Positions 36,762-47,258 of a stretch of 64,000 nt of DNA are shown here, piece by piece; positions within the stretch are counted from its first letter, which is position 1; each line of letters begins with the position of its first letter. Origin of the DNA: Candidatus Thiodiazotropha sp. (GTDB lineage Bacteria; Pseudomonadota; Gammaproteobacteria; Chromatiales; Chromatiaceae); the NCBI GenBank assembly GCA_040507225.1, contig JBEVVG010000001.1, positions 337,054 through 401,053 on the forward strand, read 5' to 3'. The notes under the pieces were generated by a model. The model was not told the DNA's origin. It did no database searches and saw only the letters and a program-made list of their open reading frames with translations. The position numbers were made by a program, and so were the translations under genes.

Positions 36762-39001
36762 GCTTTGACCCGTTTCGACAATTCCTGGTATCCGGTGGCG
36801 TAGACCGAATCGAACAGCCGGCGATAGGCCTGAGCCGACTGCCTGGCGCTGGCGTTGGGGCTGGCACTGGCGGTTGCGTAGTTCGTTGCGTTGAAGTCGC
36901 TCACGAGCGTTTTGCTATCCAGTCTGAATCCCAGATCGGCAAATCGTTGCAGATATCGCTCAATGGTTGCTCCCTCCGCAATCTGCATGCCGGCATTTCT
37001 CAATAGCCGGTCGATGCCTTCGAACCAGTCATTGATTGTGAACTCATGCGACTGAGCGGCCTTTCGGTAGACCTCATCGCGAATGCGTCGCGCACGCCAC
37101 CGGGGCGCCAGCCATGGCCAACTGAGTCGGATCAGCACTGCGGTCATTGCCAGACCTGTCAGCCAGGGCCAGAGGTCGGCAAGTATCAGTTTCAGATGTG
37201 CCAATATCCAGAGCGTTGACAGGTAGAGGATCTGCCATACGGATCCAATCATGGAATCCAGGCTCAAGGTGTTGGAATCAACAGTCTGATCCAAGCGTAA
37301 CTGGCGTTCCACGTATTGGTTGATCTGCTCGGCAGAGAGAGTTTGGCGTAGCTGCGTGGGCATTTCGTAATAGGCGGTCGGTTCGAGTTCCAGCCAGCCG
37401 ATGTTTTCGATGTAGGCTTCAACCCAGGCATGGCCATCCAGGGCGTGAATCTCGTAGTAGCCGGTGAGTGGATTGAGATCGGTCGCGGAGAACCCGCTCA
37501 CCAGGCGGCTGGGTATATCGAGGGTACGCAACAGGATGGCCAGAGCGCTGGCAAAGTATTCGCAATGACCGCGTCGAGTCTCGAACAGAAAGCGGCTCAA
37601 TGGCGTTTGGTGCTGGGAGAGGAACACGGATTCGAAATCATAGTCGTAGTGGTTCCTGAGGTGGCTTTCAAGCGCCAATGCCTGTTCGAAGGGGGTGTCG
37701 ATTCCTTCGGTAATCTCCCGGGCCAAGGTTGCGATGCGGGGGTCGAGATCATCCGGCAACTGGGTATATCCAGGCAGATCGGAGTAACTGCGTTCCGCAA
37801 TGTCTCTCCCATGGTGTTGCAACCGCAATGACTCCACCGAATAAGCGGTGCCTTTGCGCAACACTCCCGGCGCCTGGAGTTGATGAAATGCGTCGATACC
37901 GATCACTGTTCCCGGGAAGCGGAGTCTTACCGGTACCGCGGCAGCCACGATATTGCTCACCAGGTCCTGATCGAGAATGATCTCGTATTGTTCAATGAAG
38001 GGTTCAAGTCCGGGAGGAAGATTCAAAAGATCGATTTCACCCTGCTTGAGTTCCATTTTGGCAAGGGTTTTGGCCGAACTGTGCCAGCGTACGCCGTCGA
38101 AAATATCGAAGCTCCTCGCACGCAGATAGAGTGGTACATCGGCACGCATCCGCGCAAGGATGGTATTGCTGAAGCGGTCTCCGCTCGCATCCGGGTTCTG
38201 CATGTCCAGGGTCTCGTTGAATCCCTGATAGCGAAAGCCCTGTTGACGACTCTCCGCAAGTGCCTCGGACTCCTGTTGGAGGGGATCTGAGGAAGCTTCC
38301 GCCAGAGATTCGAGCAAGGTTCGGGTACGTGCTTCCGGGTCTTTAAACACGGGAGTCTGTCGGGCTTCCTGTTCCCAGGCGGAATTTTGATAGTAATGAT
38401 CCGATCCTGGGCGTGAACCCAGGTTGCCGGCAGGAAAGCGGGGCAGTAGGAGGTAGATCAGCAGGGCGATTGAGATCAACCAAGCGGCGGAACGCAATTG
38501 ATCTCGAACCCGCCAGGGATGCCTGGGCTGCCCCATCGGTTCGAGATGGATGTGACCCAGGGTAATGCTGATGGCGACTGCGTAAGCCGTCAGGAACACC
38601 AGGTAGTAGCCTGTCCTGGCGACGACGGCTCCGGCCATGAGTGCGGTAAAACCCACCCCGAGACCCAGGTAGAGTCTGCGGTTGTCATGGGTTTGCAGCA
38701 ATAGACTGAGGTAGCCGAATCCAAGAAATACCAGCAGTGCGGTGAGCAGATCGCTGAGAAATATGAGGGGCAGAAACAGTATCAGACCGACCGCGGCAGT
38801 CTGTTCCGAATATCCTGAATAGGGGCTGGATGACTCATCGGTGCCACGCACACGGAGTAAAATCCGATCACTCAGCGGGAATACCAGCAACATGCCAATC
38901 GCGGCTGCCGGCAAACCCAGATGGGCGTAGAGCAGGGCGCTTGCCGCGATCCCGGAAACCAGACTGTACCAGTGGATCAACGGGTTATTCGCCGGCTTCA
39001 C
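36749..39001 (-). CDS. Transglutaminase-like membrane protein (TgpA/DUF3488-type)
   Basis: 750 aa with N-terminal multi-TM segments. Core motif RRGHCEYFASALAILLRTLDIPSRLVSGF...GHAWVEAY. Confidence 0.85.
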   Translation of the reverse strand: MKPANNPLIHWYSLVSGIAASALLYAHLGLPAAAIGMLLVFPLSDRILLRVRGTDESSSPYSGYSEQTAAVGLILFLPLIFLSDLLTALLVFLGFGYLSLLLQTHDNRRLYLGLGVGFTALMAGAVVARTGYYLVFLTAYAVAISITLGHIHLEPMGQPRHPWRVRDQLRSAAWLISIALLIYLLLPRFPAGNLGSRPGSDHYYQNSAWEQEARQTPVFKDPEARTRTLLESLAEASSDPLQQESEALAESRQQGFRYQGFNETLDMQNPDASGDRFSNTILARMRADVPLYLRARSFDIFDGVRWHSSAKTLAKMELKQGEIDLLNLPPGLEPFIEQYEIILDQDLVSNIVAAAVPVRLRFPGTVIGIDAFHQLQAPGVLRKGTAYSVESLRLQHHGRDIAERSYSDLPGYTQLPDDLDPRIATLAREITEGIDTPFEQALALESHLRNHYDYDFESVFLSQHQTPLSRFLFETRRGHCEYFASALAILLRTLDIPSRLVSGFSATDLNPLTGYYEIHALDGHAWVEAYIENIGWLELEPTAYYEMPTQLRQTLSAEQINQYVERQLRLDQTVDSNTLSLDSMIGSVWQILYLSTLWILAHLKLILADLWPWLTGLAMTAVLIRLSWPWLAPRWRARRIRDEVYRKAAQSHEFTINDWFEGIDRLLRNAGMQIAEGATIERYLQRFADLGFRLDSKTLVSDFNATNYATASASPNASARQSAQAYRRLFDSVYATGYQELSKRVKAQRA

Positions 39002-40227
39002 CGGAACAGCCCTTCCAATGAGTGACCGGGGTTGACCGGGTAGCTGAGGCGGTTGGTGAATCGGCTCATCTGCGGGGCTTTGCGATGGCGTAAAGGGTAA
39101 CGGAAGCCTTCACCATCCATTTCAAAGTCGAGATGCGTCACCTGGGGCGGCAGTGCGGGGAGCTGCGGGTCGTCACGCAGCCGGAATCCGGCGACCAGGT
39201 TGGCCTGGGGGTAGCGGTGGATGGCTTCTTCGATCAGTTCCCGGCTGCTCAGCGTTCCGCGATCCCGAAGTTCCGCAAGTGGGGAGATGGCCTCATAAAG
39301 GTCTGTCTGAAAGGCGGGAATCTGAATTTCGATGTGCTCTACGTGCTCTGCGATGAGCACACTGGCGATGCCTTCCCGGGTTGCCTGGCGGATTATCGAG
39401 GCTGCCAGGGAGATGGCGAATTCTAGGGTGGTGCGGGTGTCTTCACCCTGGTTGAAGTCAGCCCGGCAGTCCAGGGCCAACAGCAGCAGTGGTCGGTCAC
39501 TGCGTTCGTAATCCTTCACCACGAGCCGTTGCTGACGTGCCGAGGCACGCCAGTGTATGTGACGCAGGCTGTCTCCGTGGACGTATTCGCGAATCGAAAG
39601 AAACTGATCCTGTCCCCCCCGCTGCGCAACAGGCAGATCCCCATCGCTGTTCTGGTCCGCCTGGAGAGGCGTTGGCAGTTCGCCGAGTTCATACAGCTGC
39701 GGCAGCACCCGGACCGGATCGCTCCTGCTGCTCAGGTGAATCTCTTGACGGCGGATGCCGAATGGATAGGCCGATGACAGCAGAAGCCGGTCCAGGGTGA
39801 ATAACCCGCGGCGTCTGCAGAGGATCCGTCCGGCTAGCCGATGGGTGTGTGCCCAGTGCGGTACAAAGCCGGTCAGGGGTTGTTCGGCAAATGGGATCTG
39901 GTCAATGATCCGTGTGTGATAACGGTGGCCGGCGCCGCTGAGGCGGTAAACCACTTCGACCTCATCGCCAACGCTCAGGTCCCGGGGGAATTGCCGTTCC
40001 ACCCGAATGCCCCTGAGTTGCCATCTGGGCATGACCTGGGAGATCAGCAGCAGTGCCAGGCTGAGTGAAAAGACCCCGTAGAGCAGGGCCAGCCCCCGGT
40101 TCCAGGCAATGAAAAAACACACCAGGGCGAGCAACCAGAGAATCCGGTGAATATTGACCCGGCGCTGAAGCCATTCCAGGGTTTGAGGCTTGAAGATGCT
40201 GGACGATTCGCTGTGTGCCGGCATCAC
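38998..40227 (-). CDS. DUF58 domain protein
   Basis: 409 aa. IREYVHGDSLRHIHWRASARQQRLVVKDYE is the DUF58 signature. 4-nt overlap with the downstream gene. Confidence 0.85.
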   Translation of the reverse strand: MMPAHSESSSIFKPQTLEWLQRRVNIHRILWLLALVCFFIAWNRGLALLYGVFSLSLALLLISQVMPRWQLRGIRVERQFPRDLSVGDEVEVVYRLSGAGHRYHTRIIDQIPFAEQPLTGFVPHWAHTHRLAGRILCRRRGLFTLDRLLLSSAYPFGIRRQEIHLSSRSDPVRVLPQLYELGELPTPLQADQNSDGDLPVAQRGGQDQFLSIREYVHGDSLRHIHWRASARQQRLVVKDYERSDRPLLLLALDCRADFNQGEDTRTTLEFAISLAASIIRQATREGIASVLIAEHVEHIEIQIPAFQTDLYEAISPLAELRDRGTLSSRELIEEAIHRYPQANLVAGFRLRDDPQLPALPPQVTHLDFEMDGEGFRYPLRHRKAPQMSRFTNRLSYPVNPGHSLEGLFR

Positions 40228-40230
40228 CGC

Positions 40231-41214
40231 TCATTCATCCTCGGTTCTACCGGCCTCGCGCCTCACGGGGTTGGGCATTGCCGGTACCGGAACCTGTTCC
40301 AGAATCTTCCGAAGGATGCCATGGTCGGAGTCACTCTGACTGCTCAACAGCATCCGGTGGGCCATCACAGGTATTGCCATCTGTTGCACCCGCAGTGGTG
40401 AGACGTATGCCTCGCCATGCAACAGTGCGTTGGCCTGGGCGGCTTTCATCAGGGCGATTGCGCCTCTTGGGCTGACCCCGAGCCGTATTCTTTTGTGAAC
40501 CCGGGTGGCATGCACCAGTGCGGTAATATAGTCCACCACTTTCTGCTCAAGATGAATACGCGTGACCTGCTGTTGAAGGCGCAGGAGTTGCGATTCGTCG
40601 ATCACCGGGGTTACCGGTGCAATGGGGTCTTCCTGCTGATGCATCCTGAGAATGCGTGACTCCTCCTCGGCTGCGGGATAGCCCAGGGACAGGCGCATGA
40701 AGAAACGGTCCAGCTGAGCTTCGGGGAGGGGGAAGGTGCCGCTGAACTCGATCGGGTTCTGGGTGGCGATCACCAGAAAGGTGGCGGGCAGCTTACGGGT
40801 TTTTCGGTCCACGCTGACAGTACGTTCGGCCATCGCTTCCAGCAGCGCGGACTGGGTTCTGGGTGAGGTGCGGTTGATTTCGTCCGCCAGCAGGATGTTA
40901 GTGAAGATAGGCCCCGGGATAAAACGAAACGCCTGTGCCTTCTGGTCGAACAGGGAGACCCCGGTAATATCCGCAGGCAACAGGTCCGGGGTGCACTGGA
41001 TTCGTTTGAAGCCCAGGTCCAGGCTCTTGGCGAGGGTTTTCGCCAGCGTCGTTTTGCCGAGTCCGGGCAGATCCTCCAGCAGAATGTGGCCGCGGCACAA
41101 CAGGCTGATCAGGACTGTTTCGAGGGTCTCGGGTTTACCAATGATCACCTGTTGCCAGGTCTCGAGTAGGGATTCCAGTAAAGCGTTGTCAGTCCGGTTG
41201 TCCAATGTCGTCAT
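40231..41214 (-). CDS. MoxR-family AAA+ ATPase
   Basis: 327 aa with Walker A (GLPGLGKTTLAK), Walker B (LLADEINR) and ...ATQNPIE...PEAQLDRF. Confidence 0.9.
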   Translation of the reverse strand: MTTLDNRTDNALLESLLETWQQVIIGKPETLETVLISLLCRGHILLEDLPGLGKTTLAKTLAKSLDLGFKRIQCTPDLLPADITGVSLFDQKAQAFRFIPGPIFTNILLADEINRTSPRTQSALLEAMAERTVSVDRKTRKLPATFLVIATQNPIEFSGTFPLPEAQLDRFFMRLSLGYPAAEEESRILRMHQQEDPIAPVTPVIDESQLLRLQQQVTRIHLEQKVVDYITALVHATRVHKRIRLGVSPRGAIALMKAAQANALLHGEAYVSPLRVQQMAIPVMAHRMLLSSQSDSDHGILRKILEQVPVPAMPNPVRREAGRTEDE

Positions 41215-41448
41215 CCTGTCTTCCTGTCAGGTCCGGAGCCATTGCTGTCAAAGGGACCTCTGACTAGGCCGAATCCTGCATACGGGTTAAATTCACCCGG
41301 CCTGAGGTTGCGCGGTTCACCTGGGTTCACATCTCCCACGGCGGGATCGCACTAATGTCACTCGCAGGTCATTCAGCCTGAGAGCCGTGGCGATTCCGCC
41401 CGGCGAGTATCGAATATCCGTAATTTTAGCGTTCGTATCATACGATTC

Positions 41449-41478
41449 TTGACCCACGCTTGCCTCGGTGGGTCTAAT
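41449..41478 (+). promoter_or_regulatory. Candidate sigma70 promoter for icd
   Basis: TTGACC, an 18-nt spacer, then TCTAAT. About 150 nt upstream of the icd ATG. Confidence 0.3.
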
Positions 41479-41630
41479 GTCCTACAAAAGCACCTCAAAA
41501 CACCGCTACAATTGCCCTCTGGCTCTCCGACCGGACGACTGCAGACCCTGCACCGGTTTATCCTGAGCCGGGGTCGGGTTGGAGTGGTTTCGGTGAACCG
41601 CCTTACATTATCGCTACATAGGATACATCC

Positions 41631-42887
41631 ATGGCATATGACAAGATTGAGATCCCTTCCGAGGGTGAAAAGATACGCGTAGACGCCAACGGGGCACTGC
41701 AGGTGCCCAACAATCCCATCATTCCCTACATCGAGGGGGACGGGATCGGTGTGGATATCACCCCGGTCATGCGGAAAGTCATCGATGCCGCTGTGGAGAA
41801 GGCCTACGGGGGCGACCGCAAGATCGCCTGGATGGAGGTTTTTGCCGGAGAGAAGGCCACCCGGGTGTATGATGGGGATACCTGGTTGCCCGCTGAAACC
41901 CTGGAAGCGGTCAAGGATTTCGTGGTTTCCATCAAAGGCCCATTGACCACCCCGGTGGGCGGCGGTATCCGTTCACTCAACGTGGCATTGCGTCAACAAC
42001 TCGACCTGTATGTGTGTCTGCGTCCAGTGCGCTATTTCGACGGTACCCCGAGTCCTCTGAAAGAGCCGGAGAAAACCAATATGGTGATCTTTCGTGAAAA
42101 CTCGGAAGACATCTATGCCGGCATCGAGTGGGAATCCGGCACTGCGGAGGTCAAGAAACTCATCGATTTCCTGCAGAACGAGATGGGGGTGACCAAGATT
42201 CGCTTCCCGGCCACTTCCGGTATCGGCGTCAAGCCGGTCTCCAGCGAGGGTACCCAGCGTCTGGTGCGCAAGGCGATCCAGTATGCGATCGACAATGACC
42301 GTGATTCAGTGACTCTGGTGCACAAGGGGAACATCATGAAGTTCACCGAAGGCGCCTTCAAAAGCTGGGGTTATGAACTGGCCAAGGAGGAATTCGGCGC
42401 CGAGGAACTCGACGGAGGTCCGTGGTGTACCATGAAAAACCCCAAAACCGGCAATCAGATCATCATCAAGGATGTGATCGCCGATGCCTTCCTGCAGCAG
42501 ATCCTGTTGCGTCCCGCCGAGTACAGCGTGATTGCCACCCTGAACCTGAACGGTGACTACATTTCCGATGCCCTGGCAGCCCAGGTGGGCGGTATCGGGA
42601 TCGCTCCGGGCGCCAACCTTTCCGATACGGTCGCCATGTTCGAGGCCACCCACGGTACGGCTCCCAAATATGCCGGCCTGGACAAGGTCAATCCGGGGTC
42701 ACTCATCCTCTCCGCTGAGATGATGTTGCGTCACATGGGTTGGTTTGAGGCGGCGGACATGATCATTGCGAGCCTGGGCACCACCATCTCGTCCAAAACA
42801 GTCACCTATGATCTGGCCAGACTGATGGACGGTCCCACGGAACTCAGCTGTTCCGCGTTCGGCGATGCGATGATCGGCAACATGTGA
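41631..42887 (+). CDS. icd: NADP-dependent isocitrate dehydrogenase (AceK-regulatable type)
   Basis: 418 aa. ...[15 protein letters not shown]... and [16 protein letters not shown], which contains the Ser phosphorylated by AceK in E. coli. Confidence 0.95.
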   Translation: MAYDKIEIPSEGEKIRVDANGALQVPNNPIIPYIEGDGIGVDITPVMRKVIDAAVEKAYGGDRKIAWMEVFAGEKATRVYDGDTWLPAETLEAVKDFVVSIKGPLTTPVGGGIRSLNVALRQQLDLYVCLRPVRYFDGTPSPLKEPEKTNMVIFRENSEDIYAGIEWESGTAEVKKLIDFLQNEMGVTKIRFPATSGIGVKPVSSEGTQRLVRKAIQYAIDNDRDSVTLVHKGNIMKFTEGAFKSWGYELAKEEFGAEELDGGPWCTMKNPKTGNQIIIKDVIADAFLQQILLRPAEYSVIATLNLNGDYISDALAAQVGGIGIAPGANLSDTVAMFEATHGTAPKYAGLDKVNPGSLILSAEMMLRHMGWFEAADMIIASLGTTISSKTVTYDLARLMDGPTELSCSAFGDAMIGNM

Positions 42888-42962
42888 CATCGCGGATGCG
42901 CATCGGTGGGCTCCACCGGTGCCGCGCCTCTTCATACCCCGGGTGAGGCCACTGGCTCCGAT

Positions 42963-43412
42963 TCAGTCGTGGGTCGGTATGACCAGTACCGGTATTTGCG
43001 AAAGCCGCACGAGAATATTGCTGGTGCTGCCCAGTAGCAGCTGTTTGATGACCCCTTTGCCGTGGGAACCCACCACGATCAGGTCAGCGTGGAGCTTTTC
43101 GGCCTCCTCCAGGATCTTGTCCGCAAACACGCCTTGTATCTGCAACGCGGTGCAATCGGCGCCTGTCTCACGCAATCGTTCAGCCAGACTTTGCAGGGTC
43201 TGGTGTTGCTGATGCAGATCGGAGGCCTGGCCGTCGCGTACAGCCTGAGGACCGGGTTCGTAACCGACAAAATCCGGTTCGGGATTGGCGATGTGCAGGA
43301 GCCAGGTATGAAATTCCTGCGCAGGCGTAAACAGCCTATGGGCCTGCTCGATGATCTCCCAGGAATTCGGGGAAAGATCGAGCGCTACAACCAGGTTCTT
43401 CATGGATCCCAT
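42963..43412 (-). CDS. Universal stress protein (UspA family)
   Basis: 149 aa. ...ADLIVVGSHGKGVIKQLLLGSTSNILVRLSQIPVLVI. Confidence 0.85.
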   Translation of the reverse strand: MGSMKNLVVALDLSPNSWEIIEQAHRLFTPAQEFHTWLLHIANPEPDFVGYEPGPQAVRDGQASDLHQQHQTLQSLAERLRETGADCTALQIQGVFADKILEEAEKLHADLIVVGSHGKGVIKQLLLGSTSNILVRLSQIPVLVIPTHD

Positions 43413-43534
43413 GGATCAGCGCACCTCGTGTCGATGATGTTGCGGAGTCGATTATACGCACCCGGGGAGGCTTGGCACCAATCCTGGCCGATCGGATGTC
43501 GAGTCAATGATCCGGGATCCGAACCCTTGCTGTC

Positions 43535-44617
43535 TCAAGCGGATTGGGGCGCCTTGACGTGGGCGAAAAAGCGACCGATCGCCAGGCTCAATGCCTCACT
43601 CCGCTCGGCTTGACGCAGACTCGATTGCAGCAAGGGACGTGTATCCGGCAGATACAGCAGATCACTCAGAACGGCATTGAAAAACGCCTCTCCCGCCTCA
43701 TTCACGGCCATTCGCTCAAGGAACAGGTTGCGCAGAACGGGATCTCTGAGGGCCTCCCAGGCGCGCCCGGCAATACTTACCAGGAGGTCAGAACGGATCG
43801 ATATATCATCAGATAATATCTCTATTATCAGTTTATTACGGATAATATCTGAAGTGGATTGTGCGATTCCTCTGATGCCCGCGCTCAGTACCTGGGGGTC
43901 GGGTGTGTCGCGTTCCAGTTCTGCCTTGATGCGTGCCAGCAGCGCTGCTGAGATTTCCTCGGGGACCGCGCTGTTTTCCAGGCAATGGCAGAGTGCCTCC
44001 AAGGGCGCGGGCGGCAGCGCTTCGATGGCGTCTGCAATCTGCTGCAATTGCGGGTCCGACGCCAGTCTGGCGGCCACATCCGCGATTCCCTGGTAGCCAA
44101 TGAACGCCCACTGATCCCAACTCAGTGCTCCGCCAAGGTAAGCCCGGGCGTGTTCGTAATACCGGGAGGGGGGATTGCCGAGCCGCTGGGTCAAGCGGGC
44201 ATGCAGGATCGCGAGTCGTTCCTTGCGGGGCTGAAACAGGTAGGGGTTGTCCTGCAGGGCGGTGTCGAGTCCGGAATCACGAGTCGATTCCAGGCGTTGA
44301 TCTGCCAGGTTGTCCATCAGGCGATGCAGAAAATCATCCCGGGCGGATTGCAGCAGTTTGGCCTGTTCATCCAGCGGGAAGTGGAGAAACCAGATGATCG
44401 GGTCCATTTCCGGATGGACGGGGTCGTGCAGGCAGAGTGCGAACCAGGCCTGCTGCTGAAGCGGATAGGGGTAACAGGTGAGTGTGCGTTCGAACGACAC
44501 AAAGGTCTCGTGGGGTATGACGCAGACACGCCGTCCCATGTCCAGGATGCTGAGTTTCAAGCCACCGGATTCCAGCAGTTGTGCGAGTGTGTCGAAGGGA
44601 CGAGATTCGGTGCTCAT
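43535..44617 (-). CDS. Conserved hypothetical protein (possibly DUF3549 family)
   Basis: 360-aa helical ORF. The family assignment is from memory only. Confidence 0.5.
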   Translation of the reverse strand: MSTESRPFDTLAQLLESGGLKLSILDMGRRVCVIPHETFVSFERTLTCYPYPLQQQAWFALCLHDPVHPEMDPIIWFLHFPLDEQAKLLQSARDDFLHRLMDNLADQRLESTRDSGLDTALQDNPYLFQPRKERLAILHARLTQRLGNPPSRYYEHARAYLGGALSWDQWAFIGYQGIADVAARLASDPQLQQIADAIEALPPAPLEALCHCLENSAVPEEISAALLARIKAELERDTPDPQVLSAGIRGIAQSTSDIIRNKLIIEILSDDISIRSDLLVSIAGRAWEALRDPVLRNLFLERMAVNEAGEAFFNAVLSDLLYLPDTRPLLQSSLRQAERSEALSLAIGRFFAHVKAPQSA

Positions 44618-44690
44618 GGGAAATTATGATAATAAGATATCGTTTCTGGAAAAAATACAAAACAAACTGAAATATATAGTTATTTTGTGA

Positions 44691-45134
44691 TTATACCCAG
44701 TCAATCAAATGGTGCTCCCAGTCGCCGGCATCGGCTTCGCGAATTGCTCGGCCGCGAATCGTGTGGCCTCCCAGGATCATGGGTGCCGTGTCGCCCTGAT
44801 GATTCAGCGGGTGCCAGTCGGGCAGGTCGCGGTGCTCCGCCAGAAGTCGATAGGCGCAGGTAGGCGGGAGCCAGTAGGGATCACGTAAATCGGCAGGGGT
44901 CAGGGTGACGCAATTCGGAACCCGTATCGAGCGATCCCTGTAGTGGGAGCAGCGGCAGGATTCCAGGTCCAACAGGTCGCACACGATATTGGTGAAATAG
45001 ATCTCGCAGGTGTCTTCGTCTTCGAGTTTCTGCAGACAGCACTTGGCGCACCCGTCACACAGTGATTCCCACTGATCGCGGTTCATTTTCTCCAGGGGGA
45101 GTTGTTTCCAGAATGGGGCTGTTTGCTGGACCAT
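44691..45134 (-). CDS. ycgN: YcgN-family cysteine-cluster protein (UPF0260)
   Basis: WESLCDGCAKCCLQKLEDEDT.EIYFTN..C..L....C.C..Y...P.C..L and TCAYRLLAE..DLP.WHPL are collinear with E. coli YcgN. Confidence 0.85.
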   Translation of the reverse strand: MVQQTAPFWKQLPLEKMNRDQWESLCDGCAKCCLQKLEDEDTCEIYFTNIVCDLLDLESCRCSHYRDRSIRVPNCVTLTPADLRDPYWLPPTCAYRLLAEHRDLPDWHPLNHQGDTAPMILGGHTIRGRAIREADAGDWEHHLIDWV

Positions 45135-45325
45135 GTCGATGTTGTCTGACTCCGGGGTGACTGATGCACATTATAAGACGTCGAACGGTTGATTGGGTAC
45201 AGATCAGTAAACCCGGTGTGTCACTGGGGTGGAGACCCCATTTTAGGTGAGCAATGTTCAGTAGGTGCGGTGCGGCCGATAGAAGGTGTTCAGCAAACAT
45301 GCTGACCAGGTGCTGTCAATACCTC

Positions 45326-45571
45326 TTATGCACATTTCCTGCGTACACAGGACATGAATGATGATTTAATGAAGAGAATTGAACCAAATTCTTATAAAAA
45401 TAATAAAACTACCTGAAATATAACAAAATAATGTAATTGTACAGAAATTGCACAATCTGAATCAGGTGCAGATTCCATAGGGTCTGAGAACCAATATCAG
45501 GTCTTTACCCACAAAGTTATCCACAGGATCTGTGGAAAGTTTTTTCCAGTTGGGGGATTGATTGTGGTCAT
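45326..45571. promoter_or_regulatory. DnaA-box cluster flanking an AT-rich tract in a 555-bp gene-free gap
   Basis: TTATGCACA (45326-34). TTATCCACA (45517-25, perfect consensus). TGTGGAAAG, i.e. CTTTCCACA on the other strand (45531-39). Degenerate aattgcaca (45446-54) and tgtggtcat (45563-71). By my count, 45361-45440 contains only 15 G/C in 80 nt. Confidence 0.4.
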
Positions 45572-45732
45572 ATTTTCCTATTATCTAGGACAAACAGTCC
45601 CGGTGCTGTTTTGAGTCCGGGGTGCCTGCAGTGGATACTCCCGCTCTCCCGGGTTCGAGGTGCATAACGCCCCTCGTATAAAACCGGGAGATGGCACGTC
45701 GACGAATCACTCGGTATCACGTTGCGGGTAAT

Positions 45733-46629
45733 ATGCAGACAGACGGGGAGTTGATCGAAACATTTGCGGATGCGCTCTGGATGGAGCGAGGGTTAAGCCG
45801 CAATACGCTGGCGGCCTATCAGTCGGATCTGCGCAAGCTGGTCAGCTGGCTGGAATCCTCTGGCAGACCCGGATTGCTGGGTGTCAGGCGCCAGGATCTC
45901 CAATCCTACCTGGCGCACCTGTACGGGCTGGGCGTAAAACCCCGTTCAAGTGCCCGTTTTCTCTCCTGTGTGCGTCAATTTTATCAGTTTGGGCTGCGCG
46001 AAAAATGGCTGGACTCCGATCCCAGCATCCGTATCGATACACCCAAATTGGGACGTCCGCTGCCGAAGTCCCTGTCGGAACTCGAGGTGGAGGCTTTGCT
46101 CGATGCCCCTGATCTGGACGACCCGGAAGGTATGCGTGACCGAACCATGCTTGAGGTGCTCTATGCCACTGGGTTACGGGTCTCGGAACTGGTTGATCTG
46201 CGCCCCGAACAGGTCAGTCTCGGGCAGGGGGTGATCCGGGTGGTGGGGAAGGGGGGCAAGGAGCGGCTGGTACCTCTGGGCGATGAAGCTCAGAGTTGGC
46301 TGGTGCGTTTTCTGTCCGGATCCAGAGAGTCCCTGCTTGGCGCCCGGGTGTGCAATCACCTGTTCCCGACCCGGCGTGGCAGCGGCATGACCCGCCAGGC
46401 GTTCTGGTATCGGATCAAGAAACATGCCGCCACGGCCGGGATCAGTCACCCGGTATCGCCGCATACCCTCAGGCATGCCTTTGCGACCCACCTGCTGAAT
46501 CATGGCGCGGATCTCAGGGTAGTGCAGCTGCTGCTCGGTCACAGCGACCTGTCGACCACTCAGATCTATACCCATGTGGCCCGGGAAAGGCTTAAAACCC
46601 TGCACGGCAAGCACCATCCCCGCGGATGA
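45733..46629 (+). CDS. xerD: Site-specific tyrosine recombinase XerD
   Basis: From the ATG at 45733 the product is 298 aa and collinear with E. coli XerD (...[15 protein letters not shown].L..., GKG.[49 protein letters not shown].ERL). The ORF-track start at 45691 is also possible. Confidence 0.9.
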   Translation: [298 protein letters not shown]

Positions 46630-46771
46630 TGCGAGTCTGCGCAAGTTCGGGATGGCAGACTGGGAAGTTACATCCGCATGTTCCTTTGTAAACTCATGTA
46701 TAATCTCCGCCCTTCACCGGTCGGTTGTGGGAATGCAGCTACCAACCACATGAATAAATGGGGGTTTTCTG

Positions 46772-47254
46772 ATGCCGTCTTTCGATATTGTGTCCGAAGT
46801 CGATCTGCAGGAAGTGCGAAACGCAGTCGACCAGGCCAATCGTGAGATTGGGACCCGATTTGATTTCAAAGGCGTCGACGCGCTCTTCGAACAGTCGCAG
46901 AATGAAATCACCTTGCGTGCCGAACAGGAGTTCCAACTTAATCAGATGATGGATATATTGCGCCAGAAGCTGGTCAAACGCAGTGTCGATACTGCAGCCA
47001 TGGATATTCGCGACGTTCAGACCAGTCTCAATGCAGCGCGTCAAATCGTCATCATCAAGCAGGGGATCGAGACCGATACCGCGAAAAAGATGATCAAGGA
47101 TATCAAGGCCAGCAAGATCAAGGTCCAATCGCAGATCCAGGGCGACCAGGTACGCGTGACGGGCAAAAAACGGGATGATCTGCAGCAGGTCATTGCTCTC
47201 CTGCGTCAGTCCGACTACGGGCTGCCGCTCCAATATCAGAATTTTCGGGACTGA
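46772..47254 (+). CDS. yajQ: YajQ-family nucleotide/cyclic-di-GMP-binding protein
   Basis: [33 protein letters not shown]... ...[17 protein letters not shown]...FRD is nearly collinear with E. coli YajQ. Confidence 0.9.
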   Translation: MPSFDIVSEVDLQEVRNAVDQANREIGTRFDFKGVDALFEQSQNEITLRAEQEFQLNQMMDILRQKLVKRSVDTAAMDIRDVQTSLNAARQIVIIKQGIETDTAKKMIKDIKASKIKVQSQIQGDQVRVTGKKRDDLQQVIALLRQSDYGLPLQYQNFRD

Positions 47255-47258
47255 TTTC

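Noticed and set aside
45140-45250. A hairpin ggggt-gga-acccc followed by atttta (about 45226-45245), considered as the terminator of a small RNA.
   Set aside because: The stem is only 5 bp, the T-tract is weak, and I found no plausible promoter at a suitable distance.
45055-45300. An 81-aa minus-strand ORF overlapping the ycgN start and the gap.
   Set aside because: It overlaps the well-supported ycgN in another frame, and its product has no motif and no SD.
45691-46629. A tyrosine recombinase as a possible integrase marking a mobile element or island.
   Set aside because: It is collinear with chromosomal XerD over its full length and keeps the xerD-dsbC neighbourhood seen in E. coli. I see no flanking direct repeats, tRNA target or phage/IS genes.
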